A stretch of 64,000 nucleotides of DNA from positions 3,968,001-4,032,000 of the forward strand of contig OZ223236.1 of assembly GCA_965140445.1 (NCBI GenBank). The letters run 5' to 3'. Below are positions 56,433-64,000 of the stretch, one piece after another. The notes below the pieces were generated by a model that ran no database searches, was not told the origin of the DNA, and saw nothing but the letters and a program-made list of their open reading frames with translations. The translations under genes were made by a program, and so were the position numbers. The DNA is from Candidatus Ozemobacteraceae bacterium. GTDB taxonomy: Bacteria > Muiribacteriota > Ozemobacteria > Ozemobacterales > Ozemobacteraceae. How positions within the stretch are numbered: the first letter of the stretch is position 1; each line of letters starts with the position of its first letter.

Positions 56433-56463
56433 ACTAAAATTCCTTATTCTATTTTTTCAATTA

Positions 56464-57909
56464 CTATTTTTTTACTGAATAAAAAGAATCTACAAGTATA
56501 TTTTTGGCCATTCCCAATTTACTTTTTAATTCTTTGATGGATCTGATACCATAAAGTTCCTTTAGCATTCTTGAAGGTCTAAAATAAAACCTCCTCAAGG
56601 CTTGATCCTTTAAACCTAGAAGCTTAGCTCTATCCATATGCTGTTCGATCAAAAAAGGAATCTCAAAATCTGGAGTAGGATTTATAGCAAATTTTTTCCA
56701 AAAGTCAAAAGGAATGAGATTCCTTTTTAACGCCTCTTCGTATAGATCCGTTCCTGGATATGGTATTAGAACAGCAAAAACAGCATAATCTGAATTTATC
56801 TTAGTGGCAAAATGCATTGTTTTCAAGGCATCTTCATATGTTTCATCAAGAAAACCAAACATAAAGTAAGTTAAAGTGATAAATCCAGCTTCTCGAGCCA
56901 ACTTCATTGCATTCTCTACCTCAGACAATGTAATAGCTTTCTTAGAAGCTTCCAGCACTCGTGGAGAACCGCTTTCCACACCAAAATGAATTCGATAGCA
57001 TCCAGCTCTCTTCATCAGTTTATACATTGCTTGATCAGCTCTGTTGACTCTATCCCGCACAGCCCATCTAAGATCTAATTTATTGTCTAAAATGCCTTCA
57101 CAAATTTCCTTGACCCTTTTATGTGACCAAGTAAAAGTATCATCATAAACCTGAATTTCACTGATACCAAGGTTTGCAATCTCGCAAAATTCGCTAACCA
57201 CTTGTTCAGGTGAACGCGCATAAACCTCCTGTCTATGCATTTTGCAAAAAACACAGCGATGAGGACAACCCCGGGAAGTAATCATAGTTGTTTCGTATTC
57301 ATTCGGATTCAATAAAGAATTGTATTTCCGATAAGGCAAAAGAGTCCTGTCTGGATTCGGAATTTTACTTAAATCGCGAATAGTGGCAATGGGTTTATCA
57401 GGGGCAATTATTGAACCGTTTTCTTTCTTCCATAAACCATCAATTCCTTCAAGAGGCTCATTAAATGCTATTTTATTCGTTACTGCCAAAAGAGCTTCTT
57501 CTCCATCACCAGAAATTAGGTAATCAGCTTTGGAGCTTAATAGAGTTTCCTCAGGATAAATTATGCAATGAGGTCCGCCAAGCACAATTTTACATTTTGG
57601 TAGCTTTTCTTTTAAAAGACTTATAGTTTTATAGGCTGGATACCAAAAATCTGTCCATACCGTTAGGCCAACAAGGTCTGGAGACTCTTTCACAATAAAA
57701 TCTACAGATTGCTCTGGTGAAAGATTTTCAAGCTGAGCATCGAAGCACGAAGTATTCTTGAAACCATTTTTTATCAAAAAAGTTGCTAAAATCATTATAC
57801 CTAAGGGCGGTTTTGCACCAAGTCCTTCATCTTTATGGAATGTAAAAAGAGATTGAACCTCTTGCTGCTTAGATGGCTGCATTAGCAATATTTTTAAATC
57901 TTTATTCAT
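56464..57909 (-). CDS. B12-binding domain radical SAM protein
   Basis: PPLG..., LGGPH, GDGE, TSRGCPHRCVFC, YDDTF and FGVESG. Confidence 0.92.
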   Translation of the reverse strand: MNKDLKILLMQPSKQQEVQSLFTFHKDEGLGAKPPLGIMILATFLIKNGFKNTSCFDAQLENLSPEQSVDFIVKESPDLVGLTVWTDFWYPAYKTISLLKEKLPKCKIVLGGPHCIIYPEETLLSSKADYLISGDGEEALLAVTNKIAFNEPLEGIDGLWKKENGSIIAPDKPIATIRDLSKIPNPDRTLLPYRKYNSLLNPNEYETTMITSRGCPHRCVFCKMHRQEVYARSPEQVVSEFCEIANLGISEIQVYDDTFTWSHKRVKEICEGILDNKLDLRWAVRDRVNRADQAMYKLMKRAGCYRIHFGVESGSPRVLEASKKAITLSEVENAMKLAREAGFITLTYFMFGFLDETYEDALKTMHFATKINSDYAVFAVLIPYPGTDLYEEALKRNLIPFDFWKKFAINPTPDFEIPFLIEQHMDRAKLLGLKDQALRRFYFRPSRMLKELYGIRSIKELKSKLGMAKNILVDSFYSVKK

Positions 57910-59803
57910 AGGAAAATCCTTGTTTTAAAATGTATCTATCATACCAAAGCTGGAAACTTAACAAAGCCCAAAGATTTCTTCCATGATCAGCAATATTGGT
58001 CTTGTGCTCAACTAACATTCTATCAATTGTATCAAAATTAAAAACCCCTATATTTTCAACTCTATCTCTGCAAAACTGTTTCGTTAAAATTTCAAAAAAT
58101 AACCCCTTTGTCCATGCAGAAGAGGGTGGTCCAAATCCCTTTTTTGGCTTTGACAGTATTCTGCTTGGCAAATGAGTAGCCATAACATCCTTTAACATAG
58201 ATTTTAATTTCCCATGCCTCATTTTAATTTTTGCTGGTAGATCATTTACAAAATCGAGTAAAAAAATGTTTAACAATGGCACTCTTGCTTCCAAAGAAGC
58301 CGCCATTGTTATGCGATCCGCCTGGAAAAGTCCATTTCCCTCAAGGAAAAATTTTGAGTCCAAGTTAAGAATTCTAGAAATAGTATCTTTCTCTTTAATT
58401 TCTGGCAAATAATTTCGAACAGGAGTCAAAGCATTTTCGGTGATTTCTTCATAGATAGACTTTGAAAAGAGGGATTTCTTTTGCTGCTCCTCAAAATAAC
58501 CCATCCATTCAAAATGCTGTAAATCAGAATTTACTTCAATCCCCTTGACAAATCGTTTAGCCTTAAAGTCAAAGCTCATGTACCCCTCCCCAACTGGGAG
58601 CCTGTTAACAATTTCTGGAATTAGTTTGTTGGTTAAAAAGTTTGGCAAACAACGATAAAGTCTACTAATTAAGTGAGCCTGATATGTCGGGTAACCAGCA
58701 AAAACCTCATCGCCTCCCCACCCAGTTAATACCACTTTAACAAAATTTCTAGCATATTTAGACAAAATCAATAGCGGCAATACAGTAGAATCACCAAAAG
58801 GTTCGTCCATTATTTCAGTCAATTCCAAAAAGGCTTCTTTTAACATTTTTTCGTTCAATAAGCATTCATGATGGCTTAATCCAAGATGCTCTGCGACCAA
58901 TTTTGCATCCTCAGACTCATCGTGAGTTTTTTCCTCGAAGCCAATTGAAAAGGAATGAGTTAAATCATTGGAACACTGTTTTGCAAAATAAGCAACAGCA
59001 GAAGAATCAATCCCCCCGCTTAGAAAAATCCCAACGGGAACATCACTTAATAATTCTGCATTTATGGCCTTGTGAAGTAAATCCTCTAATTGATCGCACG
59101 CATCGACATACGAAACATTGTTTTTTCTACCGTATCTTGGATACCAAAACTTTGAAGTCTTGTATTGCTTATCAGAAATCTGGCCATAACTTCCTTGGGG
59201 AAATTTTTTAATACCCAAAAAAGGAGAGTCTGGAGTAGGACAATACCCAAAAGAAAAAAAACGCGAAATTGAATTCCAGTTTGGCCTGACTTCCCCCTTC
59301 AACAGAGGTAAAAGTGCTTTGGATTCAGAGGAAAATGCCAACCCATTTTTCATATCTGTAATGTAAAGTGGTTTGATTCCCAATCGATCTCTGGCAAGAA
59401 AAAGCCTTCGTTCAACTTTATTCCAAATCGCAAATGCAAACATTCCATTTAACTTTATCAAACAATCTGCACCATACTCTTCAAATGCATGCAGAACAGT
59501 CTCCGTATCTGAAAAAGTTTTAAATGAATGCCCTTTAGCCTTTAACTCTTTTCTAATGTCTAAATGGTTGTAGATTTCTCCATTAAAGACAATTATCAAA
59601 TTTCCATTTTCGTTAAAAATAGGCTGATTTCCAGCACTAATATCAATAATTGCTAATCTATTATTACCCATAGCAATATGATTATCTTCAAAAATCCCTG
59701 TATGATCTGGACCACGATGACTGGTAATGAGACCCATTGATCTAATAAAATTTGAATCAATTATTCCATCGTCAAATCTAACAATTCCAAAAATCCCACA
59801 CAT
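57902..59803 (-). CDS. asnB: Asparagine synthase (glutamine-hydrolyzing) family amidotransferase, second copy
   Basis: Start reassigned to MCGIFG at 59803; HRGPD, FNGEIYN, FLSGGIDSS, GGDE and LEARVP. Confidence 0.92.
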   Translation of the reverse strand: MCGIFGIVRFDDGIIDSNFIRSMGLITSHRGPDHTGIFEDNHIAMGNNRLAIIDISAGNQPIFNENGNLIIVFNGEIYNHLDIRKELKAKGHSFKTFSDTETVLHAFEEYGADCLIKLNGMFAFAIWNKVERRLFLARDRLGIKPLYITDMKNGLAFSSESKALLPLLKGEVRPNWNSISRFFSFGYCPTPDSPFLGIKKFPQGSYGQISDKQYKTSKFWYPRYGRKNNVSYVDACDQLEDLLHKAINAELLSDVPVGIFLSGGIDSSAVAYFAKQCSNDLTHSFSIGFEEKTHDESEDAKLVAEHLGLSHHECLLNEKMLKEAFLELTEIMDEPFGDSTVLPLLILSKYARNFVKVVLTGWGGDEVFAGYPTYQAHLISRLYRCLPNFLTNKLIPEIVNRLPVGEGYMSFDFKAKRFVKGIEVNSDLQHFEWMGYFEEQQKKSLFSKSIYEEITENALTPVRNYLPEIKEKDTISRILNLDSKFFLEGNGLFQADRITMAASLEARVPLLNIFLLDFVNDLPAKIKMRHGKLKSMLKDVMATHLPSRILSKPKKGFGPPSSAWTKGLFFEILTKQFCRDRVENIGVFNFDTIDRMLVEHKTNIADHGRNLWALLSFQLWYDRYILKQGFSYE

Positions 59804-59808
59804 AAATT

Positions 59809-60573
59809 TTATCCCTTTACTATCACCAGCATCATGTAAGGCCAAAAGTTTTTGGGAGAAAATTTCTCCATAGCCTTTTCCCATATTGAAGCCCAACCAT
59901 AAAAACAAAAACAGAAAAAACGCAACCAATTATCAGGCCAACCACAAAAAAAAGCTAATGAACGAAGCAAAAAGCTACTTTCAAGAAAGCAGATTTTTGT
60001 TTTTCCAAATTTTTTACACAGATTTAAAAGATTTTTTGGAGTAGAATCTTTTAAACCATTTTCGGCTGGAAAACAAAACCGAAAAATGATGTTAAAAGGA
60101 TTATATCCATTTGCTTCGATTACAACCAACTTGCAATTTGGTTTAAGAACTCTAAGTGCTTCACTAATTACTTTTCTTCTTGCCCAATTGACATGATGAA
60201 GAAGATCTCTAATTAAAACAGTATCAAAAGAATTATCCGGAAAAGGTAAAGCAGTAGCATTTGCATTTATGACGATTGACTCTGAAAAAACATTACCAAA
60301 GAATAAAGTCTTTGAAAAAGAAAAATCTACCCCAAAAAATTTAACATCTTTGAGAAAAGGATCCAAAAAAGCAAAATTACTTCCTTCACCGCAGCCAATC
60401 TCTAATACTAGTTTTCCACCTATTGGAATCGCCGAGGAAATCTTATAAGCTAACTTCTGCTCTTTTTTAACAATAAAAGGATTATTTAGTCGGTTAAAAA
60501 ATCTTTTTGAATCTGCATTTGAATTAAAATCAATCTGTTGCTTATATAACTTAGAAATTGCTACAGAAGACAT
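59809..60573 (-). CDS. Class I SAM-dependent methyltransferase
   Basis: LEIGCGEG, LPFPDNSFD, LHH and LRVLKP. ATG 60573 is the likely start. Confidence 0.87.
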   Translation of the reverse strand: MSSVAISKLYKQQIDFNSNADSKRFFNRLNNPFIVKKEQKLAYKISSAIPIGGKLVLEIGCGEGSNFAFLDPFLKDVKFFGVDFSFSKTLFFGNVFSESIVINANATALPFPDNSFDTVLIRDLLHHVNWARRKVISEALRVLKPNCKLVVIEANGYNPFNIIFRFCFPAENGLKDSTPKNLLNLCKKFGKTKICFLESSFLLRSLAFFCGWPDNWLRFFCFCFYGWASIWEKAMEKFSPKNFWPYMMLVIVKG

Positions 60574-60574
60574 T

Positions 60575-61522
60575 TTACTTTTGCTTCCCAATTTTCAAAA
60601 GAGAATCATACCATTCTCTCTCACAAATCTTACTGCCAGAGATTTCCAAATTAAGCCCTAAAAGAGGTAAAATTGAACCAAAGAAAACAGCCCAAATTCC
60701 AAACCCTTTAAAAAAGGTCTTTGCCAAGAATGCAAACAATGAATTAGTGCGTCTGATAGAAAAAAAGCTAATTCCACAAATTGCAGCGAAAACAAAGCAA
60801 ACAGCCGCTAACTCAGAAAAAACATGAAAGGGTCTTGTTCTAGTTGAAGTTGAAGCCGTTAGGGCAATTAAATCAAGCAAGCCACGATGCCTTAATAATT
60901 GATATCGAGAAATTCCAACTTTTCTTTCAGAGTGAGAAATAGGAATCTCGGTAATTTTGAATCCACGAGAGCTGGCCATCGCTGGAATTAAACGATGAAG
61001 ATCGCCCCTTAAGTTTAACTTTTTATAAACATCTTTTCGAATTGCTTTAAAGCCACAATTAATGTCATGTAAAGGGCAATCCATAAGCTTTGATGTCAAA
61101 AAATTGAAAATCTTAGAAACAAATATTTTCTTTGAGCTATCTTTCCTGGAAACTCGATACCCATTTACCAAGTCGTATCCCTCAGCAATTTTTTTCAAAA
61201 ATTCTGGAATGAGCTCTGGATGGTCCTGTAAATCAGCGTCCATGGTAATTGCAACTTCGCCTTCAGCAAGAGCAAACCCCTGCATTAAAGCGACAGATTT
61301 GCCATGATTACGGTAATGTCCAAGCAGTTTTACATTTGGAAACTCTCTCTGAAGCTGATTAACAACTTCAATTGTATTATCAATACTACCATCATCAACA
61401 AAAATAAATTCAAACTCCCAGCTGCCTTCTAATGCGCTTTTCGTTCTCATAAAAAGCTCTACCAATGTGGGGCTTTCATTTAACGCCGGTACAATTACGC
61501 TCACCAATTTAATTTTTTCCAC
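60575..61522 (-). CDS. Glycosyltransferase family 2, polyprenol-phosphate glycosyltransferase (DPM1/ArnC-like)
   Basis: SVIVPALNE, VDDGSID, MDADLQ, DINCGFK, HR.IP and two C-terminal TMs. Confidence 0.9.
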   Translation of the reverse strand: MEKIKLVSVIVPALNESPTLVELFMRTKSALEGSWEFEFIFVDDGSIDNTIEVVNQLQREFPNVKLLGHYRNHGKSVALMQGFALAEGEVAITMDADLQDHPELIPEFLKKIAEGYDLVNGYRVSRKDSSKKIFVSKIFNFLTSKLMDCPLHDINCGFKAIRKDVYKKLNLRGDLHRLIPAMASSRGFKITEIPISHSERKVGISRYQLLRHRGLLDLIALTASTSTRTRPFHVFSELAAVCFVFAAICGISFFSIRRTNSLFAFLAKTFFKGFGIWAVFFGSILPLLGLNLEISGSKICEREWYDSLLKIGKQK

Positions 61523-61523
61523 G

Positions 61524-62984
61524 TCATTTTTTCCCAGTAAATATAAAACTAATCACATTAAACCCAGCAATAGCAAGAATAAACAGCTCTTCAAGACTAC
61601 CAATACTAGTTAAACGCTTCAAAAGGTAGCCGGGCCGCAAATAGAATTTTTTATATGCTCTAACAACAGCTTTGGACAAAAACTCACTCTTCAATTCACA
61701 GATGCTCTCTGAAAAAAAACCAGAAGTATGGAGATTGTTCATATTGGAACCAGAACCGTCCCTTATCTCAGGATGTTTCTCGGCTACCATTTCAAACAAT
61801 TCCGTCCCAGGGTAAGGAGTTAAAATACCAAAACTAGCCGTAGTTGGATCGAGTTTCTTTACAAAATCAATTGTTTTTCGAATGCTGGCAGCAGTCTCCC
61901 CAGGCCCCCCAAGAACAATGTGAGCGTGAGTGTCCAAACCAACCTCATGCGCCCATTTAAATGCCATTTCAGCTTGGCTCGTTGTTGTACCTTTTTTGTA
62001 TCGCTGGAGCATTTCATCTGAGCCAGTTTCAACGCCAAATTTGATTAAATGGCAGCCCGCCTTTTTCATTAACTCCATCGACTCGCGGTCAATCATGTCA
62101 ACTCTTCCATTGGCTATCCAGGATAATCCAATGTTTTCTTTAATTAGTCCCTCACAAATAATTCGATTTCTTTTTTTTGCGGCAGTAAAGGTTTCATCTC
62201 TAATAAAAACTTCTTTAAATCCCAACGCCTTAATAGATCTAAATTCTTCAAGAACCTTTTCAGCAGATCTATAACGCAGTTTATTACCGTAAAAAGTCGG
62301 AGCAGTACAAAAAACACACTTACCTGGACATCCCCTCGAAGTTTGCATGGTTGTGTAAGGAACGCGCTTAACCACAGGGTTAAAATAATCGGCATTTTTA
62401 GGTAAAAGAGTTCTATCTGGAATGGGTAAATCATCCATATCCATAAATGGGCGCATTTCATTTATTAATATTTTTCCGGATTTATCCCTGTAACCAATTC
62501 CTTTTACATTTTCCAGTCTTTTGCCTTCATATAAAGTTAACAGAAGTTCTCTTATTGTCTCTTCAGCCTCTCTAAGAACAATAAAATCAACAAATTCATT
62601 TTTCAGGCAAAATTCTGGCATAAAAGTTGGGTGGGATCCAAACATAATAGATAAAACCTCTGAGTTCATTGCCTTTATTTTGCCGATACACTCAGTATCT
62701 TTTTGAAACGACTGAGTGGAAGTCAAAATTACAACAGCAAAAATATCAGAAAATCGTTTTTCAACAAAAGACTGAAATCTGTCAGGCTCCATGTGAGCAT
62801 CAATAAAAATGCTTTCTAATTTTTCAAACTTAGAATGAGTTGCAACGTATAAATCGTTTAAAGGAGGCATTTCCATGCCACCGACTCTTTTGCCATTGCA
62901 CCAGCAGCCATAAACAAAATCCCTGACAATATTTTGCCCTGGGGTCCCGGTAGGGGGTTTCAAAAAAATTACTTTTTGTTTCAT
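61524..62984 (-). CDS. B12-binding domain radical SAM protein
   Basis: MPPL, GSHPT, TSRGCPGKCVFC, RDETF, FGVETG and TPYPGT. Confidence 0.9.
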   Translation of the reverse strand: MKQKVIFLKPPTGTPGQNIVRDFVYGCWCNGKRVGGMEMPPLNDLYVATHSKFEKLESIFIDAHMEPDRFQSFVEKRFSDIFAVVILTSTQSFQKDTECIGKIKAMNSEVLSIMFGSHPTFMPEFCLKNEFVDFIVLREAEETIRELLLTLYEGKRLENVKGIGYRDKSGKILINEMRPFMDMDDLPIPDRTLLPKNADYFNPVVKRVPYTTMQTSRGCPGKCVFCTAPTFYGNKLRYRSAEKVLEEFRSIKALGFKEVFIRDETFTAAKKRNRIICEGLIKENIGLSWIANGRVDMIDRESMELMKKAGCHLIKFGVETGSDEMLQRYKKGTTTSQAEMAFKWAHEVGLDTHAHIVLGGPGETAASIRKTIDFVKKLDPTTASFGILTPYPGTELFEMVAEKHPEIRDGSGSNMNNLHTSGFFSESICELKSEFLSKAVVRAYKKFYLRPGYLLKRLTSIGSLEELFILAIAGFNVISFIFTGKK

Positions 62985-63022
62985 GTGTCTTTAATCTTAC
63001 CTATTCAATTTGTGGACAAAGT

Positions 63023-63051
63023 AGTATAACTTAAACTCAAACTTGGTTCAA
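63023..63051 (-). promoter_or_regulatory. Sigma70-type promoter for the 62984-54151 operon
   Basis: Minus strand TTGAAC-17 bp-TATACT. Confidence 0.5.
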
Positions 63052-63079
63052 TGATTACCAAAACTTTAACTTGGATTAT

Positions 63080-63109
63080 AAAAAAAGCCCCTACCGGGGC
63101 TTTTTTTTT
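63080..63109. terminator. Intrinsic terminator after the pilin gene (bidirectional form)
   Basis: AAAAAAAGCCCC-TACC-GGGGCTTTTTTTTT. Confidence 0.85.
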
Positions 63110-63122
63110 ACAGCTTTGCCTG

Positions 63123-63659
63123 CTAGTTTATGCCATTAGCATAAATTTCATTCCAAGATTTATTCAACTGAAGGTTATCATCAAGAGAATAATTTGCTCC
63201 ATTAACTACTACATATACCTTATAAACATTTACGCTTTCCATAAATATAGGGGAAGAAGCAACTGTGTCATAAGGATCGGAAGGTGTTGTTGTTAAACCA
63301 GGTGCCCGATAGACTCCCATTGGCATTTTTTCACCTTTTGCATTTTCTACATAAGCCGCATTATCCTGTAAATAACCTTTAGTTATGAGCAATTTTATTT
63401 TTGAATCAGTGTTCACTAATCCATCGCCTTTGGAGTCTATTTTGTCAGTTAATTTTGTGTTGTTTTTCTCATCCCAAACACGCATATTTACAGCAGCTTT
63501 AATCGCTGCATAATTAGCTTTAAGTAATGCAACACGAGCATCAGTCATAGCTTGTTCACCAGCTCTAAAGAACTGAGGAGCAGCAACGGCAGCAACAATT
63601 GCCAAAATAGCAATTACGAGTAAGAGTTCCATAAGTGTAAAACCACGATTTCTTTTCAT
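63123..63659 (-). CDS. Type IV pilin / type II secretion pseudopilin
   Basis: Prepilin cleavage and methylation site KRNRG|FTLMELLLVIAILAIVAAVAAP. Confidence 0.92.
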   Translation of the reverse strand: MKRNRGFTLMELLLVIAILAIVAAVAAPQFFRAGEQAMTDARVALLKANYAAIKAAVNMRVWDEKNNTKLTDKIDSKGDGLVNTDSKIKLLITKGYLQDNAAYVENAKGEKMPMGVYRAPGLTTTPSDPYDTVASSPIFMESVNVYKVYVVVNGANYSLDDNLQLNKSWNEIYANGIN

Positions 63660-63690
63660 CAGAAAATCCCCCTGTCGGAATGATTAAATA

Positions 63691-63999
63691 TTAAGATTTG
63701 CCAAGGTAACGCTTTTTGATATCCTCAAGACGCTCCTTGTAATTCTTGACCTTAGTTTCTGGTTCAGAGGTCACTTCATTATTGGCCTTATCTTGAACCA
63801 CCTTTTCTTTATCAGATAAAACAAGTCTTGGAGTAATCATTATTACAAGATTTGTTCTATTTTTTACTTTTCTGGACCACCTAAAGAAATCACCTAATAC
63901 TGGAATTTCCTTCAAAACGGGGACACCGTTTTTCTCTTTTAACTCTTCATCACGAATCAACCCACCAATTACAATAGTTTCACCGTCTTTTACTTCAAC
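63691..63999 (-). CDS. Secretin (GspD/PilQ family) C-terminus; truncated by window edge
   Basis: VKDGETIVIGGLI...GVPVLKEIPVLGDFFR...LVIMITPR. Confidence 0.9.
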   Translation of the reverse strand, partial: VEVKDGETIVIGGLIRDEELKEKNGVPVLKEIPVLGDFFRWSRKVKNRTNLVIMITPRLVLSDKEKVVQDKANNEVTSEPETKVKNYKERLEDIKKRYLGKS

Positions 64000-64000
64000 C

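Noticed and set aside
59804..59929. N-terminal extension of the second AsnB in the ORF track
   Set aside because: Ntn amidotransferases need Cys at position 2. The true start is MCG at 59803, and the extension overlaps the upstream methyltransferase.
56464..62984. B12-radical SAM genes as part of the RiPP pathway
   Set aside because: They are more than 20 kb from the precursor, embedded in a glycosyltransferase operon, with no RRE or small peptide ORF adjacent.

Overview
Bacterial chromosomal window from a diderm (it encodes a secretin, a pilin and an RND pump). The gene repertoire suggests an uncultured lineage, possibly Candidatus Riflebacteria-like, but that is a weak inference. 1-29.2 kb: RND pump C-terminal half, arginine deiminase, two tandem membrane HAMP-PP2C (SpoIIE-like) phosphatases, a secreted 39-bp-repeat/glycine-zipper protein, psuG, a Lys/Ala/Pro-rich membrane protein, an EF-P with Asn at the normally modified Lys position, and an uppP-ftsK-TPR-TPR operon. 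29.3-35.6 kb is the best candidate for a new system: a SynChlorMet-like RiPP cluster. It has a single ScmF-like radical SAM/SPASM enzyme, an anchorless S26 peptidase, a PqqD/RRE protein, a 100-aa precursor with a YxxPxL leader and six regularly spaced CxxG motifs, an HPr-kinase-like protein, an ABC exporter and a nucleotidyltransferase. 36.8-63 kb: an AT-rich surface-glycan island with GT4/GT9/GT2 enzymes, Wzx/Wzy-like proteins, six SAM methyltransferases, two AsnB amidotransferases, two LtaS-like transferases, two B12-dependent radical SAM enzymes and a GT-C-like protein. The window ends in a pilin and the C-terminus of a secretin. No rRNA, tRNA, CRISPR array or mobile element was seen. All family calls are from motif recognition by eye; no searches were run.
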